A stretch of DNA of 64,000 bases from a virus: IMG/VR virus record IMGVR_UViG_3300045988_042432; one strand, given 5' to 3'. Both the position numbers and the translations under genes were made by a program. Positions within the stretch are counted from its first letter, which is position 1, and each line of letters opens with the position of its first letter. The notes under the pieces are model-generated. The model did not search any database. It was not told where the DNA came from and worked only from the letters and a program-made list of their open reading frames with translations. Below, in pieces: positions 6,625 through 14,527 of the stretch.

Positions 6625-7089
6625 ATGGACAAAATCAGAGACGTATCAGAAATTGATTTCAAAGTGAAGGAAGTAATGAAAGCTAAATCTTTCAATGACT
6701 TCGTAAACGGAGATGTAGAGAAGGCTTTCTATTTGGGCTTCTTTAGAAATGAATTGCAACAACCTCTATCTGTTGCTATGCAAATTAGAGGTGATGAAGG
6801 CATAGCCTTAGTAAAGAGTTTTGACGAAGCGATGCAGAAGGCTAGACCTTATGTAGAAGAAATGTCTGCTATAGCTGATGATGCTATGGCTAAAGAGGAG
6901 TTCACAATGTTAGATGTAGTTAATGAAGTCTCTGACAAGGTTAACTACAAACAGGAGGAAGACAAATTCTATGTCATCTTTATCTTAGGTATGTGGGTTA
7001 AGCATCTTATTGATGAGGATGTCATATCCGAAACCGAAGAAGATGAGGATGATGAGGATTTTGTTGAGAATCCTAATGCCGACGCATAA
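6625..7089 (+). CDS. hypothetical protein with acidic C-terminal tail
   Basis: ATG at 6625 just after the upstream stop. Tail is SETEEDEDDEDFVENPNADA. Confidence 0.65.
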   Translation: MDKIRDVSEIDFKVKEVMKAKSFNDFVNGDVEKAFYLGFFRNELQQPLSVAMQIRGDEGIALVKSFDEAMQKARPYVEEMSAIADDAMAKEEFTMLDVVNEVSDKVNYKQEEDKFYVIFILGMWVKHLIDEDVISETEEDEDDEDFVENPNADA

Positions 7090-7483
7090 GTACAGAATAT
7101 ACTGTGATGGTGCCTATTCTCCTGCGAGAAATCAAGGGGGAATAGGCTTTGTCATTTTAGAGGATGACAAGAAGATATTCCAATACAGTAAGATGTATAA
7201 GAACAGCACCAATCAGCGAATGGAGCAAATGGCTGTCATAGTTGCCCTGGAATCCATAAAGGAACCTTCTGAAATTACAATAGTAACAGATTCTATGTAT
7301 ATTGTAGGAACTCTTACTAAAGGGTGGAAGAGGAAAGCCAATACTGATTTGTGGGAACGTCTTGATAAGGCTGTGAACAGGCATAAAGTAGTGTCTGTTG
7401 AGTGGTGTAAAGGTCACGCAAGTGATGAACATAATAAGGAAGCCGACAAGCTTGCTTATAATGCTAGTAACGAAATAGGATAA
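7076..7483 (+). CDS. rnh: ribonuclease H
   Basis: RNase HI DEDD context: IYCDGAY, NQRMEQMA, VTDSMY, HNKEADKLA. Confidence 0.85.
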   Translation: MPTHKYRIYCDGAYSPARNQGGIGFVILEDDKKIFQYSKMYKNSTNQRMEQMAVIVALESIKEPSEITIVTDSMYIVGTLTKGWKRKANTDLWERLDKAVNRHKVVSVEWCKGHASDEHNKEADKLAYNASNEIG

Positions 7484-7487
7484 ACCT

Positions 7488-7601
7488 ATGAAATACAAGA
7501 AGAAAGTACAACGTCTTAAAGACCGACAGGCTTGGTGGGATAAGCAATCTGATTCATTTAAGAGAGCTACTACCAGACCAGGTTCAGTTAAACAAAAGTA
7601 A
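7488..7601 (+). CDS. small basic hypothetical protein (37 aa)
   Basis: ATG at 7488, TAA at 7599-7601. Fills an intergenic gap. Confidence 0.3.
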   Translation: MKYKKKVQRLKDRQAWWDKQSDSFKRATTRPGSVKQK

Positions 7602-7603
7602 TT

Positions 7604-8470
7604 ATGAACAATTTTAGTCCTTCTACAGATACGTCTGTAGGCACAAAGAGATTCACAGCCCAAGAAGTGCAATTAGCTTATACTCTAATGGCTGTAGAGT
7701 ACATGAAGACTATTAAGGGTCTGAATCCGAATCATCAACTAGTTGATAAGGCTATCAAACTGAAAGCTTTAGGATTTACTAATTCTAAAGAAGTAGGTGA
7801 TGCTATCACTTCGGAAGAGGACCTTAAAGTCTTAAAATGTTATAGCTTTTTGCAAAGACATTTCCCTGGCTCATTGATACTTAAGGAGGAGGATTTCATT
7901 AATCTGAATGTTAAGTATGGATTAGTTGTTGGAAGACTATCAGCTTATAAAGGTTCTGTGCCTGACGAGAACATTGATGAAATCTCTAAGGTAATGGCCA
8001 CTGCTCAAGCACTTGAAGCAAATGAGTATGTTAACTATAGCGGAAACGGTTCACCTTTACGGTATGTTACTGGTATGCAAGTTGCTACTCACCCTATGCC
8101 TATTGATAGCATGTCCTATCCGGTTGGAAGGTACTTCATTAGGCAGGAACCTTCCCATATTGGACTTATGTATTTGAGTAGAAATAAGGCTAGAATGAAT
8201 GCATATCCATTCTTTCATATCCTTAATAAAGCCAAGGCACATGATGTGAACATTGCTGATTCAAAAGAATGTAGCAGTGCTGACTTATTCATTGCCGCTC
8301 CTATTGAAGAAATGAATGAAACGATGCAGTTTACAGTTCCGGAAAGGAAGATTATTCCTATCAATAATGACCCATTTGTGTTTCAAGTAACTCCAATAGG
8401 GGTAATGATTCACTCTAAATGGGGAGTAGAAGCCGAAGACAATATATTCGACAATATTAAACCTTTATAA
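7604..8470 (+). CDS. hypothetical protein, paralog family member 2
   Basis: Motifs KALGFTNSK, KYGLVVG..YKGSVPDENIDEI, LFIAAP and DPFVF..IGVMIHSKWGVEAEDNIF occur in the same order as in 1391-2215 and 10487-11425. Confidence 0.75.
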   Translation: MNNFSPSTDTSVGTKRFTAQEVQLAYTLMAVEYMKTIKGLNPNHQLVDKAIKLKALGFTNSKEVGDAITSEEDLKVLKCYSFLQRHFPGSLILKEEDFINLNVKYGLVVGRLSAYKGSVPDENIDEISKVMATAQALEANEYVNYSGNGSPLRYVTGMQVATHPMPIDSMSYPVGRYFIRQEPSHIGLMYLSRNKARMNAYPFFHILNKAKAHDVNIADSKECSSADLFIAAPIEEMNETMQFTVPERKIIPINNDPFVFQVTPIGVMIHSKWGVEAEDNIFDNIKPL

Positions 8471-8474
8471 GATT

Positions 8475-10487
8475 ATGGAATTTGTCAAGTTTAAAAGAGC
8501 AGTCCATGCGCAGTTTAATCAACTAGCTGCTGGTGCAGACATGCTCTTTCTGACTAATGTAGACAAGGACGCATTATGGGATTGTTACCTTAATTCCTTT
8601 CCGGAGGAAGAGAGACAGTCTCATAATTGCAACAATTGTAAACATTATATCAGACATTATGGTAGAGTTGTCGCCATTAAAGACAATAAAGTAGTAACCA
8701 TGTGGGAGAACCTACAGTTGGATGAACCTTATGCTACTGTAGCTAGAAATCTCGATGCATTAGTGAAATCAAAACCAGTTGTAGATGTTTTTATCACTCG
8801 TGATTATGAACTAGGAATTGATAGAAACAATGCCTATATTGACAGTTTGCAAGGTCCTAAAGTAATTACCTGGAATCATCTTTACTATCATATGCCAAAT
8901 CAATTGGTGTATACAGGAACTGAATCCGTATCTGCTGTAATGGGGACTTTACGCACAACTAAGGAAGTGTTCAAACGTGCACTGGAGGAATTAACTATCG
9001 ATTCTATAGAAACAGTTCTGGACTTAATAGGTCAGAATGCTTTATATAGAGGAGAACAGTTTAAAAATGACTTAAGTGTATTCCTGGGTCATAAAAGACA
9101 CTATGATTCATTACCTGATGAAGAGAAAGACAACTGGTGTTGGGCAAACTTCAATCGTGTAGGATGTGCACGCATTCGTAATACGGCAATTGGTACATTG
9201 TTGGTAAATATATCATCAGGACTTGAATTGGACGATTGTGTGACTGCATACGAACGTATCATGGCTCCAGAGAACTATCAAAGACCTAAGTCAATTGTTA
9301 CTAAAAGAATGATTGAGGAAGCACAGAAGAAAGTGCAGGAACTAGGTCTTATGGATTCTCTACCTCGTAGACATGCTGCCTTAGAGGATATAACAGTCAA
9401 CAATGTTATATTCGCTAACCGTGATGCCAAGAAGGTAATGGCCGGAAACATATTCGAGGAACTGGCCGCAGACACTAAAGTTAATCCTAAGAAGTTTGAC
9501 AAGTTAACTGAAATTAGCATTGATGATTTCATTGCTAATGTGGTACCCACTGCCACTAACATAGAAGTGTTAATGGAGAGTAGGCTGTCTAATAACTTAG
9601 TAACTCTTACAGCTCCTGTTAATAAGGATGCTAAGAATCTATTTAAATGGCCAAACAACTTTGCTTGGACATATAATGGAGGAGTAGCTGATTCTATTAA
9701 AGAGAAAGTAAGAGCTGCTGGTGGTCAGACTGAAGGCTTCTTAAGATGTTCATTAGCGTGGTCTAACTATGATGACTTGGATTTGCATGTCGTTGAACCT
9801 AATAATCTTGAAATTTATTACTCCAACAGAATCGGCAGAAGTGGTGGTAAGCTAGACGTGGATGAAAATGCCGGATATGGCAAAACTCGCAAACCCGTTG
9901 AGAACATTATATGGGTTAACGAACGCAAGATGCTTGAAGGTAAGTATGTTGTGTATGTTAATAACTTTCATTGTAGAGAATCTGTTGATACAGGATTTAC
10001 ATTGGAAATAGAACACAATGGAGAAGTCCGACAATTTGTCTATGACAAACCCGTTAAACATAAAGAGAATGTCATGGTTGCCGAGATTACTTACAGTAAA
10101 TCTAAAGGTATCCAAATAAGAGAGCTAATACCCAGTACTAGCCATTCGTCAGTAAGCCTATGGAATATTGATACTAACAAGTTCCATAAGGTGAACGTGA
10201 TGATGCTGTCCCCCAATTATTGGGATGAGCAGGGTATTGGCAATAAACATTACTTCTTTATGTTGGATGATTGCAAGAATCCGGAGCCTGTTCGTGGATT
10301 CTTTAACGAATATCTTAACAGTGAGCTAACTCCTCACCGTAAGGTATTTGAGGTTCTAGCTGATAAGATGAAGACTCCTTACCAAGAACATCAATTGAGT
10401 GGATTAGGGTTCTCATCTACTATGCGTAATTCCGTTATTGTTAAAGTGGACGGAACATTTAGTAGAACTTTAAAAGTCAATTTCTGA
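8475..10487 (+). CDS. large hypothetical protein, N-terminal Cys cluster and C-terminal DUF2135/YfaP-like beta domain
   Basis: HNCNNCKHY near the N-terminus. C-terminal LRCSLAWSNYDDLDLHVVEPNNLEIYYSNR..GGKLDVDENAGYG resembles the YfaP/DUF2135 signature as I remember it. Confidence 0.7.
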   Translation: MEFVKFKRAVHAQFNQLAAGADMLFLTNVDKDALWDCYLNSFPEEERQSHNCNNCKHYIRHYGRVVAIKDNKVVTMWENLQLDEPYATVARNLDALVKSKPVVDVFITRDYELGIDRNNAYIDSLQGPKVITWNHLYYHMPNQLVYTGTESVSAVMGTLRTTKEVFKRALEELTIDSIETVLDLIGQNALYRGEQFKNDLSVFLGHKRHYDSLPDEEKDNWCWANFNRVGCARIRNTAIGTLLVNISSGLELDDCVTAYERIMAPENYQRPKSIVTKRMIEEAQKKVQELGLMDSLPRRHAALEDITVNNVIFANRDAKKVMAGNIFEELAADTKVNPKKFDKLTEISIDDFIANVVPTATNIEVLMESRLSNNLVTLTAPVNKDAKNLFKWPNNFAWTYNGGVADSIKEKVRAAGGQTEGFLRCSLAWSNYDDLDLHVVEPNNLEIYYSNRIGRSGGKLDVDENAGYGKTRKPVENIIWVNERKMLEGKYVVYVNNFHCRESVDTGFTLEIEHNGEVRQFVYDKPVKHKENVMVAEITYSKSKGIQIRELIPSTSHSSVSLWNIDTNKFHKVNVMMLSPNYWDEQGIGNKHYFFMLDDCKNPEPVRGFFNEYLNSELTPHRKVFEVLADKMKTPYQEHQLSGLGFSSTMRNSVIVKVDGTFSRTLKVNF

Positions 10488-11425
10488 TGTTTAGATTTCT
10501 AAAACGCAATGATTCTGAAGTTATAACTCCAGAAGTGGTTGACGTGCCGGTGACGACTATTCAGTCCAACATAGCTATGGCTCTTGCTTTATGTATGGAG
10601 GAATATCTACGTTCTGTTTCCAAGACATCAGTTGATATTCCTAATAGAGATACATTAGTAAGAGAATACAACACGTTGGTTGATGCTGGACTGGGCAGCT
10701 CAAAAAATGCTAGGTTATTGCAAGCTAAAATATCGGAATATAATCAGATAGCTCTGGATGCCATGCGCGCTAAGAACTTGTTTAGTTTCGTAAAGCGTGC
10801 AAGAGAGGTATTCGGAGAGAGTACTCTTCTAGTTGGTTCTAAACAATTTGATGATGTTTGTAAGAAGTATAAACTTGTCAAAGGTCTACTAAAACAGTAC
10901 ACTGGAGTGATTCCTGACCGTAATATTAGAGAAATCTTAGAAGTTAAGCGTAAACTTAATGGTGAAGGACCAATGTTCTCTGATTTAGGGTTGGAGTATG
11001 CTAATGGGGCGTATTATTATGTTACAGGTATTAACTACGGATACAGTGATAGTGAAACTATGTTGAACAATCTGAAGAAATACATAGAATCACACAATCA
11101 CATAGTTATTGGCCCTGATACAGAAGGCACACTCAGGCTGTCTAGTATAATTAACAAGAATCCCGGCCTTCCTGCTGATGTAAAGGCTTTTAGCTACCCT
11201 AACATAGTTTCCTTTGATGCTGTTAAGATAGGTAGAAATGAGCTATTTGTAGCTTGCCCTCCTAGTCAATTAAACAATCCAGAGGTTACAATCACTAAGA
11301 AGGCAGTAGACCCTATTGTGTACCAGCCTTGTGCTTATGGTATTCTCATTCACAGTATGTGGGGAGAAGAATCAGAGGACAAAGTGTTTGAAGAATATAA
11401 ACGTATTAACAATTTAATGCTATAA
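10487..11425 (+). CDS. hypothetical protein, paralog family member 3
   Basis: Motifs DAGLGSSKN, KYKLVKG..YTGVIPDRNIREI, LFVACP, DPIVY..YGILIHSMWGEESEDKVF. Confidence 0.75.
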   Translation: MFRFLKRNDSEVITPEVVDVPVTTIQSNIAMALALCMEEYLRSVSKTSVDIPNRDTLVREYNTLVDAGLGSSKNARLLQAKISEYNQIALDAMRAKNLFSFVKRAREVFGESTLLVGSKQFDDVCKKYKLVKGLLKQYTGVIPDRNIREILEVKRKLNGEGPMFSDLGLEYANGAYYYVTGINYGYSDSETMLNNLKKYIESHNHIVIGPDTEGTLRLSSIINKNPGLPADVKAFSYPNIVSFDAVKIGRNELFVACPPSQLNNPEVTITKKAVDPIVYQPCAYGILIHSMWGEESEDKVFEEYKRINNLML

Positions 11426-11427
11426 TT

Positions 11428-11802
11428 ATGTTTGAGAAAGCATCTAGAATGAAATTGCGTTTTAACACGCAACGTGGAGTTCTTTCTGTTGAAGACTTGT
11501 GGGATTTACCCTTAATTCAACTTGACAATATTGCAATTGCTCTTAACAAGAAATTGCAAGAGTCTAAAACTGAAAGCTTCATCAAAACCCGGACTAAAGA
11601 CACTACCGAACTTGAACTGAAATTCAATATTGCAAAACACATTATTGATGTTAAGTTGCAAGAACAGGAAGACCGTCTACTTGAAAGTGAGAAGAAAGCT
11701 AAGCGTCAGAAGATTCTTGACCTTATGGCTAAGAAACAAGACGCAGAACTCGAAGGTAAGTCTCTGGAAGAATTGGCTAAAGAACTCGAAGCACTTAATT
11801 GA
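11428..11802 (+). CDS. coiled-coil hypothetical protein
   Basis: 124-aa ORF with a K/E-rich C-terminal half. Confidence 0.65.
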   Translation: MFEKASRMKLRFNTQRGVLSVEDLWDLPLIQLDNIAIALNKKLQESKTESFIKTRTKDTTELELKFNIAKHIIDVKLQEQEDRLLESEKKAKRQKILDLMAKKQDAELEGKSLEELAKELEALN

Positions 11803-11804
11803 TT

Positions 11805-12065
11805 ATGGACTTTGAGAAAGAAATAAAGAAATGGCAGAAGGTGAACAGCTCTGAAACTAAAGCCCAGCTCTTTGAAGCAGTAGACTACATCTGCGCTGAT
11901 GAGCCTAATGGATTAGTAGGAGTGACTGGTTTGCTATTTGATGCCGATAAACTCAAGAGGAGTATCAATGCTGCGCTTTCCAGGAGAGCGGAAGCCAACG
12001 TGGTTACACGTAGATATGGTTTGCGTCAGCAGGTGCTATACTTGATGTACTATGGCGAAGAGTGA
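11805..12065 (+). CDS. hypothetical protein
   Basis: ATG at 11805 right after the upstream TGA. Confidence 0.6.
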   Translation: MDFEKEIKKWQKVNSSETKAQLFEAVDYICADEPNGLVGVTGLLFDADKLKRSINAALSRRAEANVVTRRYGLRQQVLYLMYYGEE

Positions 12066-12212
12066 CTATAAGTGCTCTTGCGCTGGAAGAGGCTAAACTT
12101 TAAAGGAAGCATGTAAGTAATACTGTGAGTTATGCTGACAGACCGTCCACGTGAAAAGCCCAGTACGTGATACTGGCAAGGGCGGCCGTTAAATCGGAAT
12201 TGCTTCCTGTAT
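12066..12212 (+). ncRNA. candidate structured RNA/leader upstream of tRNA-Arg
   Basis: No ORF. 8-bp stem 12103-12110/12201-12208 closes a 106-nt domain ending 4 nt before the tRNA. Inner hairpin 12160-12165/12171-12176. Confidence 0.3.
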
Positions 12213-12284
12213 GGTCCCATAGTTCAATGGATAGAACGCTGGTCTACGGAACCTGAAATGGCAGTTCGACTCTGCCTGGGACTA
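12213..12284 (+). tRNA. tRNA-Arg(ACG)
   Basis: Acceptor GGTCCCA/TGGGACT (G1.U72), D arm GTTC-AATGGATA-GAAC, anticodon loop CTACGGA, T arm GGCAG-TTCGACT-CTGCC. One U.U mismatch in the anticodon stem. Confidence 0.8.
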
Positions 12285-12304
12285 CTAACTTAATAAGGAA
12301 AGAG

Positions 12305-12907
12305 ATGACTAACTTAGAAATTATTAAAAGATTAAAGACTGCTAAAGACTTGTACGATAAAGATACAAAGCCAGGTAGTGATAAGAATGGTGGTATGTGC
12401 CACTATATGAAGCAAGCATTCAACGGAGTGTTTAAAGAAGGGATACCTCCCTCTTATAACGAATTAGTAACCTTAATTCCGGAGTTCAATCCACAATTCC
12501 TGAATGGTAATGTCAAACAGGAAGAAGTGGCTAGACTTGTCTTCTGGTGGCCCGTGGATGAGAAGAAACACAGGCTTATAGCCTTCGACAAACTCATCCA
12601 TTGGTACACAGAAAGAATCAATAAGCACGCTATCTTACTAAAAGCTAAGAAACTGTTTGAAGACCATTCAGAATACTGGGGAATGTGTTTCTGCATTGAA
12701 CATGCTATGGCTGGCACAGAAAGAGGAATCAACATCTACGATGAACGTGATGTAGTTGCTATGTTTCCAGAGTTCAATAGAGAGTTCTTAGGTGCACCTA
12801 AAGACAGGTATGGTAAGGCATTTTGGTGGACTCCCGATGACGAGAAGGGTCACAATGCTAGGATTGAAGCATTTGATAAACTGATTAAGTATTACGAAGG
12901 AAGATGA
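12305..12907 (+). CDS. hypothetical protein with internal two-fold repeat
   Basis: Two ~90-aa halves share MC..., PEFN..FL, FWW(P/T).DEK..., AFDKLI..Y. Confidence 0.7.
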   Translation: MTNLEIIKRLKTAKDLYDKDTKPGSDKNGGMCHYMKQAFNGVFKEGIPPSYNELVTLIPEFNPQFLNGNVKQEEVARLVFWWPVDEKKHRLIAFDKLIHWYTERINKHAILLKAKKLFEDHSEYWGMCFCIEHAMAGTERGINIYDERDVVAMFPEFNREFLGAPKDRYGKAFWWTPDDEKGHNARIEAFDKLIKYYEGR

Positions 12908-13269
12908 ACTGGATAAAAAGAATCATGAATAAGTTATTTATTGATAATGAGTCCTATAACATTGAAGAGGACAATATCACTATCTCACAAATCAAGCGTA
13001 AAATTTACGTAAATGGTAAATTAATATCTGAAACGAATAAGGATAGTGTACATATCAGTTTTACTGGTAATGTAAAAGAACTTAACTGCAACACATGTGA
13101 TATTGACGGAGACGCATTTACTGTACATGGTAATAGTGTTAAAGTTAAAGGCAATGTGGGAGGTTCTATAGAAGCTAACAGTATTGAGGTTGGTGGTAAT
13201 GTACAAGGAGACATCGATGCTAATTCTGTTAAAATAAAAGGCAGACATACTGGGAGTATTAACGTATAA
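12904..13269 (+). CDS. bactofilin-like (polymer-forming beta-helix repeat) protein
   Basis: Repetitive GNV..../G.I.ANS(V/I).(V/I).G pattern across the C-terminal 70 aa. Confidence 0.5.
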   Translation: MNWIKRIMNKLFIDNESYNIEEDNITISQIKRKIYVNGKLISETNKDSVHISFTGNVKELNCNTCDIDGDAFTVHGNSVKVKGNVGGSIEANSIEVGGNVQGDIDANSVKIKGRHTGSINV

Positions 13270-13277
13270 CGTAAAGG

Positions 13278-13351
13278 GGTCTAGTAGCTCAGTAGAATAG
13301 AGCGTCCCTCTCCTAAAGGGAAGGTCACGAGTTTGAATCTCGTCTGGACCA
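13278..13351 (+). tRNA. tRNA-Arg(CCU)
   Basis: Acceptor GGTCTAG/CTGGACC, D arm GCTC-AGTAGAATA-GAGC, anticodon stem TCCCT/AGGGA with loop CTCCTAA, T arm ACGAG-TTTGAAT-CTCGT. Confidence 0.85.
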
Positions 13352-13371
13352 CAAACCAATTATTAGTTATT

Positions 13372-13695
13372 ATGAAGAATATCTTTAATTTTGGTAAATT
13401 GTTGGAAGGTGAATCTATGAATGCGGACGAGGCATATTCAGTTGCCACTTACAATGAAGTGGTGACACAAGAAACTCTAATTAAGAGGTTTCTAGATACT
13501 ACTGACCAACTTATTAAGGCTAAGAGCGAGAACAATTACTTTAGTCTTGTCATGGATTTGAATGATGATGTAGCTAAAGCCAAGGATGAAATCCTTAAAT
13601 ACTACGAAGATAAACGATTCTTCGTTAAGGTTATTGATAAAGAAGGATATCCTGGCTTAGTTGGAGAATATCTATTCATATCCTGGAAGAAGTGA
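13372..13695 (+). CDS. hypothetical protein
   Basis: First ATG downstream of the tRNA. The track start at 13333 lies inside the tRNA. Confidence 0.6.
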   Translation: MKNIFNFGKLLEGESMNADEAYSVATYNEVVTQETLIKRFLDTTDQLIKAKSENNYFSLVMDLNDDVAKAKDEILKYYEDKRFFVKVIDKEGYPGLVGEYLFISWKK

Positions 13696-13860
13696 ATTTC
13701 TTTATTCTAACATAACCACAGGCATAATTGAGAGTGAAATGCCTGTTTAAGCAGTCCCCACTGCTGTAATGGTGATTTGATTACCATACATTATCTTAAG
13801 CCCTTGAGGGTTGGTGTGAATAGACTATTCACATGTTCTTAACATTAATTGTTAACAACA

Positions 13861-14217
13861 ATGACATTCGATGAACAAGACTCTCTTATAGAGTCATTGA
13901 ACGCGGCTTATGATAAAGCCGGAACTATTACAGATGAAGACATCAAAGAACTGTTTGCCAAGAAGAATGCAATCGCTGATGAAGACGAGCAAACTTCTTA
14001 TGAGTTCGATGAATTCTTTGCAGAAGTAGTAAGTAAATGGGCGCAAGACGGGCTGACTGATGAGAAAGCTCAATTACTGCTCAATCTTATTGATAGCGCT
14101 GACGGTAGTGTGGACGATTCTGAAGACGCAATGTTGGAAGAATTATCTATGGCTGAACTGACTGGCGTGGACATATCTGAAATATTAAAAGATAAGTTCC
14201 CAGACTACTTTGAATAG
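13861..14217 (+). CDS. highly acidic hypothetical protein (possible DNA mimic)
   Basis: ATG at 13861. About 118 aa dominated by D/E with no basic patches. Confidence 0.6.
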   Translation: MTFDEQDSLIESLNAAYDKAGTITDEDIKELFAKKNAIADEDEQTSYEFDEFFAEVVSKWAQDGLTDEKAQLLLNLIDSADGSVDDSEDAMLEELSMAELTGVDISEILKDKFPDYFE

Positions 14218-14271
14218 TTCTTATGTATGGTGATAGGTTATGGAATAGACATTCCAGCCAGAATATCACTA

Positions 14272-14281
14272 GGGGGGGGGG
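14272..14281. repeat. G10 homopolymer tract
   Basis: Ten consecutive G in an otherwise AT-rich genome. Lies in the 14218-14491 intergenic region, inside a possible 44-aa ORF (14223-14357). Confidence 0.9.
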
Positions 14282-14527
14282 TGTAGGCTCTTCTTCGTTG
14301 CTTTTAGCAACACACCTAATGCCAGGCATTGGCATTATTGTTATCAGTTTATGGTAACGGACTTTAGGCTACGTTATATTTAATGTAGTGCTAATCGCGC
14401 AGAACGATATTCGTACTGCCGTTTAGGGTCAAATTCAGATTAGTTATTAGATTATTCTTTACTTCTAATGAGGTAAGGTCTACTCTAGTGATTGTCTGGG
14501 TTTGGCCCTTCTTTTTTAACTTTAGAT

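Noticed and set aside
7157-7672. 171-aa minus-strand ORF. Similar long antisense ORFs occur at 59487-60149, 20854-21240, 23032-23433, 9278-9658, 37481-37846 and 62186-62527.
   Set aside because: Each lies antisense to a + strand gene with clear catalytic motifs (RNase H, pncB, helicase, DnaB, nrdD and so on). The translations are low-complexity or hydrophobic with no motifs. All supported genes in the window are on the + strand.
12134-12156. Hammerhead-ribozyme-like string CTGACAGA...GAAA upstream of tRNA-Arg, and TTGATGA at 2427-2433 upstream of tRNA-Met.
   Set aside because: Neither fits the canonical CUGANGA-helix II-GAAA core: there is an extra nucleotide in one and C3 is replaced by U in the other. 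I could not draw helices I-III around them.
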